Shown: piece after piece, positions 31,041 to 47,244 of the stretch
How the letters are laid out: each line of letters begins with the position of its first letter
Numbering within the stretch: the first letter of the stretch is position 1
Assembly: GCF_009914755.1 (NCBI RefSeq)
Contig: NC_060928.1
Reading direction: 5' to 3' (one strand)
DNA from: the human T2T-CHM13v2.0 reference genome, Homo sapiens
Length of the DNA stretch: 64,000 nucleotides
The notes under the pieces: generated by a model
Databases searched by the model: none
What the model saw: the letters and a program-made list of their open reading frames with translations, nothing else
What the model was told of the DNA's origin: nothing
Made by a program: the position numbers and the translations under genes

Positions 31041-33550
31041 AAAAGGAGGTCTTGAAATATTTGTTACATGAATCATTTTGCATGGTGTTTTGGACTAGAA
31101 ATAATTATCCTCTTCTCAATATTTCTAAATAGCATTTTGGAATGTCTAGTGTACAACTTGCACTAAGTTAGGCACTCAGAAATCTTTTGGTTTTAATTTT
31201 AAGAGATGAAGTCTCACTACGTTGCCTAAGCAGTACTACACTATAGATGCTCACCACCTCACCTGAGAGAAGTCTTTTAATAACACAGGAATAATGACCA
31301 CTAAACCTACACTTTAATGTGCTATTACAAAAATTTATTCAATGAAATATATTTTAATATGTTCACTATATTAAATGGATATACATAATCCATTTGCACA
31401 CATTTACATTTCCCAGCGAGTTTTTCATGTCCAGATGCTACATATGTAGTCTTACTTCAGTAATCTTTATTAATACCAAATTAATAAATGTTGTGTAATG
31501 CTAGGTAGCAATGAAGGAGCCATAATACCTCAGAAAAATTCCATTTCTTCCAGAAGGAGCTATATTGAGTGGCTTTTGGGGATCAAAGGATACGTTTTCT
31601 CATAAATGTCAACCATGAAAATCCTCAACAAACACATTCAGTATAATCAAACCATTGTGTGAGAAGCAAACCAAAGACACAGTTTTGGTCTTCATGACAT
31701 TACTTTTAAAAGCAATAATCCAAAATATATTATAGGGAGACAGAGTTTTAAAAAATGACCCTCAAGAGGGAGTGAGCACAAACAATATCCTGTGATATGC
31801 AGTAAATCAAAACTTCAAACTCGAAAAGCATTTGTAAAATGCCTGTAAACATTGTAAAGTTCAGATTTATCACTGATTCCCTCTTATTCTAGACTACTTG
31901 GATTTTTTGGGTTTTGTAACTGTAACATGTGTAACACAGCTTGTGGAAGCTAAAGGTCACTTTCTGTGTTGTTTCATTTTCACAGACTTGCTGACAAATA
32001 CAATATTGTACCCAGATGTATATATTCTATTAGATATGACAGGAATAAAAGGTTAACATAAGCTTTTTAGAAGTGAAAAAAGGGTTGATATTACCAAGAT
32101 CCTTTTTCTATATGTTACAAATTGTAAAGGGCAATGTGTATTTTAGCTTACTTTTGATGTCTGCTTTTCTTAAGATTTTATATTTCTCTTGTTCACCAAT
32201 TTTTCTAACTATAACACTCACATAAAATCTGGTATTTGTCTACAGTTTAAAATGTACTCAAATTAAGATCGGTTCTGTTTATGGGGAACAGAAATTGAGA
32301 GACAGAGCTCTTTATGTGCACTCACTGGCTCAATAATATATGACTCCCTTATAAAAAATAAGAAGTTTCTAACACCAACCTCTCCAAGCAAAAAACTATA
32401 CTATACTTTCCTTAAAGGTCAGAATTACTTCTCATATAAATATTAAAGGACTACAGTTTTCGTTTCTCTTCAAGTATCCCTATGTCTTACGTCCCTCTTT
32501 ATTATCCATTAATTGTTTCACCTTATATAAATCCATGTTTATGTTTCATTGAATACTTCCCATCATATTTTTGTAAGTATTTTGGTTTATTTTTTAAGCC
32601 AAATTGTTGAAGCCCAGCTAAAGTCCTACTACTACTTCTGACTTTGAAAACACTATTGCCAGACTTCATTCATTAGTGATTTGAATTTGTATTTTATATA
32701 TAAGTGCTGAAAAAGTGTATTTTAAATAAATATGGTTTGACAAATTACACATTTATTTTTCCATATCTACCTATAATTACTATTAATATTTACAAGCCTT
32801 GGAAGGGGTTTCATCATAAGAAGTTAAGAGGTTCTTAGGACATATTTCTTAAAATATAAGATTTTCTAAAATTCTTAACAAGAATTTGGGGACTTTTTTT
32901 CTAATTTATTATAAATGTGACTAACCTACTCTAAATTAAGGCAAATAATTGATATGCAATTTTAAAATGAGAAATAGATAATTATAATCCAAGGTACCAT
33001 TTATAGTTTAGATTTTTCATTAGGAATTCATATGTGACTTCATCATTTTTGCTTCATCGTTTTATTAGACACGTTTCTTTCAGAACTGTTGTAATGTATC
33101 ATGTACTTTTAAAAGCAAACTAAAAGATATGTAACCTAATATCCTTCAATAACACATGATAGCGTGTTATTCTTCAATAACACATGATAACACAGATACT
33201 TGTTCTGTAACTTGCACATGAAATCAAAAAGTGAAATACTGGCTCATACTTTTTACACCAGCTCAATTAAGTATTTTTCTAATCACGGTCAACTAGGTCA
33301 TCACTGAGTGTCTTAAAAAAAAAACTGGTATAAATCTAGGTTAAGTATTATATAACTAACTACCTTGCAAAACATAACAGTCAGCAGGTAATATGAGTAA
33401 TTTATGTAAATCTGCTGCTGTGACATATACTATCTTCCTAGAGTGGTGAAAAAGAGAAAATGTGAAACTATTAAGACTTTTCATTTTTTCCCCTTTGTTT
33501 TTTGATTATTGGTTTGTTTTAAGTGTATAAGGCTCAACTTATATGCATGC

Positions 33551-33581
33551 GTGTGTATGTGTGTGTGTGTGTGTGTGTGTA
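33551..33581. repeat. (TG)n microsatellite
   Basis: Seen directly. Confidence 0.9.
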
Positions 33582-33793
33582 TGTGGGTTTATGTAGAAAG
33601 AGAAAGAGAGTATCCTGCACTAATCAGAAACCAACTTTGAAATCATCAACTTTGAAATCATTTTGTACTAAAGTGAGTTTGAATTAGAGAAGTAAATAAC
33701 ATTATTAAATACACTGATAAAATAATCTCAGACAAGCTAATACTCAATTGTTACACGGGTTTTATACCCCCAAATAATTAATTAATATTTTAA

Positions 33794-34102
<309 letters not shown>

Positions 34103-34230
34103 TTAAAATAAAGTTGTCCACAAGGTATAAATTACAATTCCTATATGCTCTTAAATTCATACATATGCAAATCCCATTTTTAAAATATTCAAAAGTGTTA
34201 TTGACAAACAGTAGCATCTCCTAACCACGA

Positions 34231-34299
<69 letters not shown>

Positions 34300-34335
34300 A
34301 AGAAGAAGAAGAAGAAGAAGAAGAACAAGAAGAAG
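34231..34335. repeat. Compound microsatellite (AAT)13(AAG)18 AAC (AAG)3
   Basis: Counted directly. Confidence 0.95.
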
Positions 34336-36859
34336 AAAAGACACCTATATTTAAATGGGAAGAAAAACTTTTTGATTTTGAATAACCCAGGACATCTTCA
34401 GGGATTAAGTCCATCCAAAAGTACAGTGTTTCATAGGCCAAGAACATGATACATTCTTTGCAACATGAAGCTTTGGTCTTCCGCTTTTTCCTGCCTGTAT
34501 CACATTTCTCACCCTCTTGTAGCATGTGGTAGGGGCACACAGTTAGAAACATCAAATCAAAATGTTATCTAGTTTCTAATTTTTCTAATTATATGATGTG
34601 AAAGCAAAGAAATGTGTATCACTATCTGTAGCAATCTTTGGTTTTCAGTAGTGGGTGAGTGTGATAAACATGCAATGCTCACAGAAACAGAATCTGCTAA
34701 TTCTCAAACCACAGAAAAAAAGAAGGCGAGGGGGCTGATTGGAGAAAGTTCCATCTAGCAGAGAATGTTCTCAGTTAAAATTTTCTTTTACTTTTCCCTC
34801 AGGCCTCTTTTCTGAAAATAAGTGATTTTAGTATCTACTTGATGTTGTGAAGGACACTAAGAATTGAGAACATTGTAACTATGTTTTATTAGTACAGATA
34901 TGTTGATGTTCCTTATATCTGAACGTTATTTTGGATCTCTTAATAAAATGGTAAAAAAAAAAAAACTATGAGTGAGAGTGCTGTAGGAGCTGAACGTTCA
35001 AAAAGAACAGGAAATTTAAAACTTAAATTAACACATGTGTTGCCATTTTCTGAATAAAGTTACTTTTATTTAAGGTGCACATCTTGGTAAATAGCCAGAG
35101 AAAACACGTTTATACACTTAATACGTTTTGCTTTCCTAACCCAAATGGGGTTTAAAGCATACTAAAAATGTGTACATTTCCCTTTGTACAAAAGAGATTT
35201 TAGAAGAAAAATCATTTGCGTGGCCATGCGCGTGCATACACACCCCCAAATGTGACTTCAGTTTGGAAATTTTTACATTTCTGTATCTTCCAGTTATTTA
35301 TCCTGTCTTCCTATTTGAATGAGACAGAAATTCTGCATAACATTAAATGCAAATACTTCTCTCTCTTCTCTCTTCCTTTCTCTCTCCCCCTCCCTCCCCT
35401 GTGGTGCTGTATGCCATGGAAGTTAATCTTCCATATCTGACATCTTCCATGCAAAAAGCATACCAACTTTCACAAAGTGTAAGAAGAAAATATTGTCCAG
35501 GTCTTAACTAGGTCATGGAACCTAGTCAGTGAGCTGCTACAGGTTTTGACAGCTGTTCCTGGCTGCAGCTCTGCTGTGTGCATAGGGGCTGCACCTCTCT
35601 CTGGATGCCAAGCAGCAGAGCCACAGGGTGCTGATGGCAGTTAGTGCTGTGACAGTCAGCCAGCTTGGTACATTTCCCCAATTGGAAGGCTACTGCCTTC
35701 AAAAGTTAGCTTTGGGTACTGCTTTCTCTTATGTTTACAAGAAAACCACAGCCAAATGCCTTGCCTGCCCATCTGTGCCATATTAGACATCTGGACAAAC
35801 TTGGCCCTTGTATGCACATCAACGTGATGGATTGCAGATTTGTTCTGTCAACTTCCACAGAACATTCACTCAAGATACAGCTCTCCAAGAAAAGTCTCTT
35901 TACCTGTGTTTCTAAGAAGCTCTTTATCTTTGAATGCATGACTCATAAATTGGATACATTACAAGAGCTTAAGAAGCAGATTTATAGCAGGGATTCTTTG
36001 GTAAATCTATTCATCCTGAAAATTCCCTTGGTTACTCAATTTAGTGATATTTAAGTATACTCCCTTTGCTATTACATAATTGTTGTAAACAATATATCAT
36101 TGCACTCAGTTTTTACAGCTGTTTACAAATTGGGCAACATAATTTCAGGCAGAAATTATCGAAAATGAGACCAGCCTTTAAGCCATTTTGTGAAAGCTTA
36201 CTTAGAAGTATTTTTTGAAAAAAAAAAACAAAAAAACTTTACATAAATGTTTTCACTTCAATGCTGCCTTGCCCTCTATCATTGCTACACACAACCCCCT
36301 TCCCCACCTCTCCTCGGTGTCACACATAAAAACTTCACTTTTAAAGGTCAGCAATGACTTCCTACCTGAGCCAGTACTCATCTGATTAAAAAAACACTTT
36401 CCATAGCTATCACTCGGTTTGAAAAAGTTGTTCCCTCTTAGATTCTATAACACTTCAAACAGCTGATTCTTATCTTACCTTTCCAAACTTTTCTTAATCT
36501 GTTCTCCTGGCTTATTTTTTTTCCAACTTAGAGGTTGATATTTTTCAATGTTCTTCCTCTAACTTTTTTGCCATCTTACTTTATTTTTTGCTTCACTTTC
36601 CCTTGTCATGGGATTTCACACATTACATAATTTGTCTCTAATCCTTACACATTTTAAACTTGGATAACAACAAGCTATATACAAAACATGCCATGTAGTA
36701 CATACATGGCAGCTCCCTCACTGTTTAAATATATTTTTATACAATACTTTAACATATAATGTTTATTCAGTTCATTTTTACTTATTCTCTTCTGTGTTAG
36801 TTTACTATTAATGCTGAAACAAATTATTGCAAAGCTAATATGACATAAATTCATTTTCA

Positions 36860-37306
36860 TATAATTTTATAGTTCAAAAGTCCAAAATGGAAATTACTGA
36901 ACTAAAATCAAGGTTTCAGCAGGGCCATGTTTCTTTCTGGAAGCTCTGTGGGAGAACCTATTCCTCGCCCTTTTCAGATTCTAGAGGCCACACAATTCCT
37001 TCACTGCTGGGTCTCTTCCCTGATCTTCAAGGTGAGCAATAGCGGATCAAGTCTTCCTCAGACTGTCTCACTCTCACCTCCCCTTCTGCCTCTTTCTTTT
37101 ATTTAAAAAAAGTTGTAATTTTATTGGGCCCACTGAGTTAATCCAGGATAATGTCCCCATTTTAAGATCAGCTGACTAGCAACCTTAATTTCATCTGCAA
37201 CCTTATTCCCTTGTCCCATGCAACCTAATAAATTCACAAGTTCTGGGGATTGGGACATAAAAATCATTGCGGATGAGGGCCAGAAAAAATCATCCTGCTT
37301 ACCGTA
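36860..37306 (-). mobile_element. MaLR LTR (MLT1C/D-like)
   Basis: CTAAAATCAAGG...CAGGGC...TTCTAGAGGC; ATCCAGGATAAT; AATTCACAAGTTCTGGGGATT. Confidence 0.8.
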
Positions 37307-37660
37307 TTTTCTTACCCTTTTTCACTAGACTATCACTTCCTCCCAAAATTTTCCTCTTATACTCCTTCAAAATGCATTATAAGAATATTTGAAGCTTCAT
37401 TTTTGAATCTCAGAATTGAGAAATAACTTTAGGGGAAAGAATATTTCAGTGTATGAGAAACTTCCGAATCCTTGTGTTTAGGTGGCATGTGTGGCACTGC
37501 TGTTAATAATGAATATAAAATGAAGCAGGTGCTATATCAAGGAAACATGGGAACAGGTGTTAATTATTATAAAATGAACTAGCTAATATATCAAAGGAAT
37601 GAAAAGGAAAAAACAGTCAAAGTTTCTGACTTCATCAGGATCTTTTATGATATGGCTTTT

Positions 37661-37902
37661 TTTTCTGGTCTCTTTTATTTTTATTTATTTATTTTTTATT
37701 ATGCTTTAAGTTCTAGGGTACATGTGCACAATGTGCAGGTTTGTTACATATGTAAACATGTGCCATGTTGGTGTGCTGCACCCATTAACTCATCATTTAC
37801 ATTAGGTATATCTCCTAATGCTATCCCCCCCCACCCCCCATGACAGGCCCTGGTGTGTGATGTTCTCCTTCTTGTGTCCAAGTGTTCTCATTGCTCAATT
37901 CC
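37661..37902 (-). mobile_element. L1PA5/6-like 3' end plus tail (3' part of Alu-L1 chimera)
   Basis: TTTAAGTTCTAGGGTACATGTGCAC...TTGCTCAATTCC. Confidence 0.9.
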
Positions 37903-38180
37903 TTAGAGGAGTCTCACTCTGTCACCAGGCTGAGTGCAGTGGTGCAATCTCAGTTCACTGCCACCTCCACTTCCCGGGTTCAAGCCATTCTCCTGTCCTA
38001 GCCTCCTGAGTACCTGGGACTACAGGTGCACGCCACCATGCCCAGCTAATTTTTGTATTTTTAGTAGAAACGGGGTTTCACCATGTTGGCCAGCATGGTC
38101 TTGATCTCCTGACCTTGTGATCCACCCACCTCGGCCTCCCAGAGTGCTGGGATTACAGGCATGAGCCACCGTGCCTGGCT
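37903..38180 (-). mobile_element. AluSc-like, lacking own poly(A) (5' part of Alu-L1 chimera)
   Basis: Full dimer with CCTGGTGACAGAG and GATCACAAGG deletions; joined directly to the L1 3' end. Confidence 0.9.
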
Positions 38181-39009
38181 GATATGGCTCTTCGTATTTT
38201 TGATGCTGAGTTTAACCATCTACTTATAGCTTTATGAAACTAGATGTAGTGACACAGTGTTCATTAGATGTATGCATTATGTATATTTGTGAGGAAGGAT
38301 TATATTCAATTCAAAAAATTATTTAGAGCTTGCTCTGTTTAAAACTTGTTCACAATTTAAAAAGATGCCAACATGAGTAACACACAGCCACTGATCTGCC
38401 ATTCAGGAACAAGAGAGAGAGACAAAACAAGGAAATGTAGATGAAGCAAATGAGGAAAGCAATTGTTCTACAAGGTAACATTCTCCTCAGATATTTGCTA
38501 AAATTTCTGTGTGCTTTTTGTTACTGACCTCTCCCTAATTGTCTGCCTTAGCCCAATGAGACTGCTTTTATTACTGGGTATCAGCCATCTCTGCTGAAAA
38601 AACCAGGGTTCTAAGGGAAAGTATTTCTAGTACATTATGTTTATTTTCTCTACAGAATACAACTTTCCATATTAACAGGACTTCTTTGTACCAGATATTT
38701 ACATAGCACATTTAGTGGTACTGCAGAAGATAGAGAATTTGTTAGCAGAAAAAAACCAATTCTTGTTCTACACTTCTTGTCTTTTTTACCTATAGCATCC
38801 TCTTCCAAGTCTGGTTAGTTATCCACGTTAGATTTATTCTTATCTTTTTTGTCATAAGAGTGATAAAATCTGTGCAAGAAACTATAAAGTAGCTACAGAC
38901 TAAAACTCTCAGAAGCCTTGTGAATACCCAACAGATACTCCGGTTTTTGTTGAGCTACTGTTATATATTTTCCCTTTTTACCAAAACTACTGAAGTGAAT
39001 TTTCATTAT

Positions 39010-39446
39010 TGACTATTTTCAATAATTCCTTTCCCATTTTGTGTTGAATCCATTTCTGTTGAGGCTTCAAACCCATCACCCATCTGAAACAGATCTTATT
39101 ATCATAGTCATTAATAATTGCCACCTTCCTAAATCTAATGGCCAATTTTCAGATCTTGATTTTATCTATCAGCAGTACTTTATATGGCCAATTTCTACCT
39201 CATCCTTGGAAAGTTTTTATGTATTTCTTTTTTAAAATGCAGTACAATCTTGTTTTCATAATACTTCAATGGCTGCTCCTTCTCGTCTTTTGATAATTCT
39301 TCCTCTTCACCCTCTGTAAGTGTTGGGGTTTTCTAGTTTCATTTACTGAATTGTATACTATAGTGTCTATAGATCAAGGATCCTAATATGATATGTTTCT
39401 CCTGAATTTGAGGAAAGCCCCATGTGCATGTGTAATAAACATTTTA

Positions 39447-39491
<45 letters not shown>

Positions 39492-40120
39492 CAATTTGAG
39501 CTCTTGATCTCTGCTCCGCAGTCCTTCTCCTGCTTCAGTCTTTCTTATTTCAGTTAATGGCAAGTTTTTCTTCAAAATTGCCTAAGCCAAAAGAACCTGG
39601 AGTCATTCCTGATCCTCTTCTTTTTATTTCACAACACATCTAATGCTTTACTCAATACTGTTGGATATATCTCATCACCTGTACTGCTCTTCTCCCAATC
39701 TAGGTTACAATCTCTTCTTGTTTGGATTATTGAATATACTCTTTACTGGTCATACCACTTCTGCTCTTCCCTTTCAGTCTATATTTAATACAGTATCCAA
39801 TGTTCCTCTTAAAAAGTAAGTCATATTTTTGTAATTCCTTTCTTCAGAATCCTTTTTTTGAAGAAAGGAATAGCTTTTTATTACCTAAAGTGTTAAAGCC
39901 AAAATCTTATTAATGATCTACAAGGCCTCATGAGATTTAGTCCTTGCATGCTATTTTATCTCATACCTTGAACTCTCACCTTCATTCACTGCTTCAGCTG
40001 TGCTGACTTCCTTCTGCTCCTTCAAACTACTGAGCTCCTCCCTTTGCAGGGCCCCAGCATTTGCTAGTTCTTCTTCCTAGAATTCTCAACGATTTCTGCA
40101 AAATCCACAAGGCTCTTTCT
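39010..40120 (+). mobile_element. L2 fragment containing (AC)n at 39451-39489
   Basis: CTAAATCTAATGGCCAATTTTCAG, AACCTGGAGTCATTCCTGA, CTACAAGGCCTCATGA L2 motifs. Confidence 0.7.
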
Positions 40121-40324
40121 ACCTTGTTTGTTCTTTTTGAGTGCATATATCTAAGAAAAAAATGCATTAAGTTTAGACTAACTTACTTAATTTTTTTTTA
40201 ATTTTACAATTTTACAGTGTGTTTTCTCTAACACACTACAAATGAGTGGCTTTGTAAGCTGTACTATTTATCATCTCTCATTTTTTACTTTTCATGTTTA
40301 GCGTGAGAAAGAAGAGCTGCACTT

Positions 40325-40560
40325 GCGTAGTAGTAAAGAACACGGCTGCTGATAAGACTCTCTGGGTTTGGCTTCTTGATCTGCTGTTTAACAGTTGTTG
40401 AAAGCTTAGACTCACAACTTTTACTCGCTTTACCTCAGTTTCCTCATCAGAAAATAGAAGAATATAAAATACTTACCTCATAAAGTCATTGAAGCGGGTG
40501 AGTTAGTACATATAAATAACTTAGAGTAATGTCTGGCAGTCAGGTGAGTATTAAGTATAG
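40325..40560 (+). mobile_element. MIR
   Basis: CCTCAGTTTCCTCATC.GAAAAT...ACTTACCTCATA core. Confidence 0.75.
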
Positions 40561-41510
40561 GTCTGTAACTGCCAACCATTTTGACTGCTTGGAGGGATCA
40601 TGCTCAAGTTTTAGATTTGTATTATACCTTAGATTAAATAGTTTTATATCTTAGTGACCACAGGCTGATTTCTTAAATTTTGTGAGCCTCATTTTTTACA
40701 TTCAAAAGTGAAAATAGCACTGTCTTCTGTGCTTACTTTCCAAAGTGGTTGATATGCCTTGTTAGTAAATCATTCATCAATTCTACCTTAATAGAAATGC
40801 ATATTCTTTCTTATAAAGAATAAAAATGACTGCTTCGAAGCCCAGATATTCTATTCCCAGTAACTAGGTACTTTTATCAAATGTAACATTGAGTGTGAAA
40901 AGCTTTGTTGAGTACAAGATGTGAGGACACAGTAGTTCCTGACCTCAAGCAATCTACAATCTAATTGGGTAGGAGAGACATATGCATGTAAAATAACAAA
41001 AATGCAGAGTATAAATAGTACCACTTGAGGTATAGCTTTATGCATGTCTAAGACAGAAACAGGTTTTATTCATTGAATACTATTGATAGAGGCAGGAGGC
41101 AGAGAAATTCTAGGCACACAGGGTTGGGTCCCTGGTGAAACCCCACCTTCAAGCTGAAAAGCCTGAAACCTGCAAACCTGCAGCCCAAAGTGAGAACTTC
41201 TTTTTTTTTTTTATTATTATTATACTTTAAGTTTTAGGGTACATGTGCACATTGTGCAGGTTAGTTACATACATATACATGTGCCATGCTGGTGTGCTAC
41301 ACCCATTAACTCGTCATCTAGCATTAGGTATATCTCCCAATGCTATCCCTCCCCCCTCCCCCCACCCCACAACAGTACCCAGAGTGTGATGTTCCCCTTC
41401 CTGTGTCCATGTGATCTCATTATTCAATTCCCAACTATGAGTGAGAATATGCGGTGTTTGGTTTTTTGTTCTTGCGATAGTTTACTGAGAATGATGGTTT
41501 CCAATTTCAT

Positions 41511-45266
<3,756 letters not shown>

Positions 45267-45314
45267 TTATTTTGCTTGTTAATTGATGCAGTTTCTTCCT
45301 ATTCTCGATGGTCT

Positions 45315-46340
45315 TTACATTTTGGCATGATTTTGCAGCGGCTGGTACCGGTTGTTCCTTTCCATATTTAGCGCTTCCTTCAGGATGTCTTTTAGGGCAG
45401 GCCTGGCGGTGACAAAATCTCTCAGCATTTGCTTGTCTGTAAAGTATTTTATTTCTCCTTCACTTATGAAGCTTAGTTTGGCTGGATATGAAATTCTGGG
45501 TTGAAAATTCTTTTCTTTAAGAATGTTGAATATTGGCCCCCACTCTCTTCTGGCTTGTAGGGTTTCTGCCTAGAGACCTGCTGTTAGTCTGATGGGCTTC
45601 CCTTTGAGGGTAACCCGACCTTTCTCTCTGGCTGCCCTTAACATTTTTTCCTTCATTTCAACTTTGGTGAATCTGACAATTATGTGTCCTGGAGTTGCTC
45701 TTCTCGAGGAGTATCTTTGTGGCGTTCTCTGTATTTCCTGAATCTGAACGTTGGCCTGCCTTGCTAGATTGGGGAAATTCTGCTGGATAATATCCTGCAG
45801 AGTGTTTTGCAACTTGGTTCCATTCTCCCCATCACTTTCAGGTACACCAGTCAGACGTAGATTTAGTCTTTTCACATAGTCCCATATTTCTTGGAGGTTT
45901 TGCTCATTTCTTTTTATTCTTTTTTCTCTAAACTTCCCTTCTCACTTCATTTCATTCATTTCATTCATTTCATCTTCCATCGCTGATATCCTTTCTTCCA
46001 GTTGATCACATCGGCTCCTGAGGCTTCTGCATTCTTCATGTAGTTCTCCAGCCTTGGTTTTCAGCTCCATCAGCTCCTTTAAGCACTTCTCTGTATTGGT
46101 TATTCTAGTTATACATTCTTCTGAATTTTTTGCAAAGTTTTCAACTTCTTTGCCTTTGGTTTGAATGTCCTCCCATAGCTCAGAGTAATTTGATCGTCTG
46201 AAGCCTTCTTCTCTCAGCTCGTCAAAGTCATTCTCCGTCCAGCTTTGTTCCGTTGCTGGTGAGGAGATGCGTTCCTTTGGAGGAGGAGAGGCGCTCTGAT
46301 TTTTAGAGTTTCCAGTTTTTCTGTTCTGTTTTTTCCCCAT
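45315..46340 (-). pseudogene. L1 ORF1 (disrupted)
   Basis: MGKKQNRKTGNSK start; in-frame 9-bp duplication (NEMNEM); stops at 45942-45944 (CGA>TGA) and 45570-45572 (TCG>TAG); native stop at 45315. Confidence 0.92.
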
Positions 46341-47244
46341 CTTTGTGGTTTTATCTACTTTTGGTCTTTGATGATGGTGATATACAGATGGGTTTTTGGT
46401 GTGGATGTCATTTCTGTTTGTTAATTTTCCTTCTAACAGACAGGACCCTCAGCTGCAGGTGTGTTGGAGTACCCTGCAGTGTGAGGTGTCAGTGTGCCCC
46501 TGCTGGAGGGTGCCTCCCAGTTAGGCTGCTCAGGGGTCAGGGGTCAGGGACCCACTTGAGGAGGCAGTCTGCCCGTTCTCAGATCTCCAGCTGCGTGCTG
46601 GGAGAACCACTGCTCTCTTCAAAGCTGTCAGACAGGGACATTTAAGTCTGCACAGGTTACTGTTGTCTTTTTGTTTGTCTGTGCCCTGCCCCCAGAGGTG
46701 GAGCCTACAGAGGCAGGCAGGCCTCCTTGAGCTGTGGTGGGCTCCACCCAGTTCGAGCTTCCTGGCTGCTCTGTTTACCTAAGCAAGCCTGGGCAATGGC
46801 GGGTGCCCCTCCCCCAGCCTCACTGCCGCCTTGCAGTTTGATCTCAGACTGCTGTGCTAGCAATCAGCGAGACTCCGTGGGGTAGGACCCTCCGAGCCAG
46901 GTTGGGGATATAATCTCATGGTGAGCCGTTTTTTAAGCCCGTCGGAAAAGCGCAGTATTCGGGTGGGAGTGACCCGATTTTCCCAATTTTCCAGGTGCCG
47001 TCCGTCACCCCTTTCTTTGATCAGGAAAGGGAACTCCCTGACCCCTTGCGCTTCCCGAGTGAGGCAATGCCTCACCCTGCTTTGGCTCGCGCATGGCGTG
47101 AGCACCCACTGACCTGCGCCCACTGTCTGGCACTCCCTAGTGAGATGCACCCGGTACCTCAGATGGAAATGCAGAAATCACCCATCTTCTGCGTCACTCA
47201 GGCTGGGAGCTGTAGACCGGAGCTGTTCGTATTCGGCCATCTTC
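46341..47244 (-). promoter_or_regulatory. L1 5' UTR with internal sense promoter and antisense promoter
   Basis: CpG-rich ~900-bp L1PA 5' UTR starting GAAGATGGCCGAAT; promoter activity is inferred from the family, not shown here. Confidence 0.8.

Noticed and set aside
34157-34555. 132-aa ORF with poly-Ser/poly-Tyr
   Set aside because: Artefact of reading through the (AAT)n(AAG)n microsatellite.
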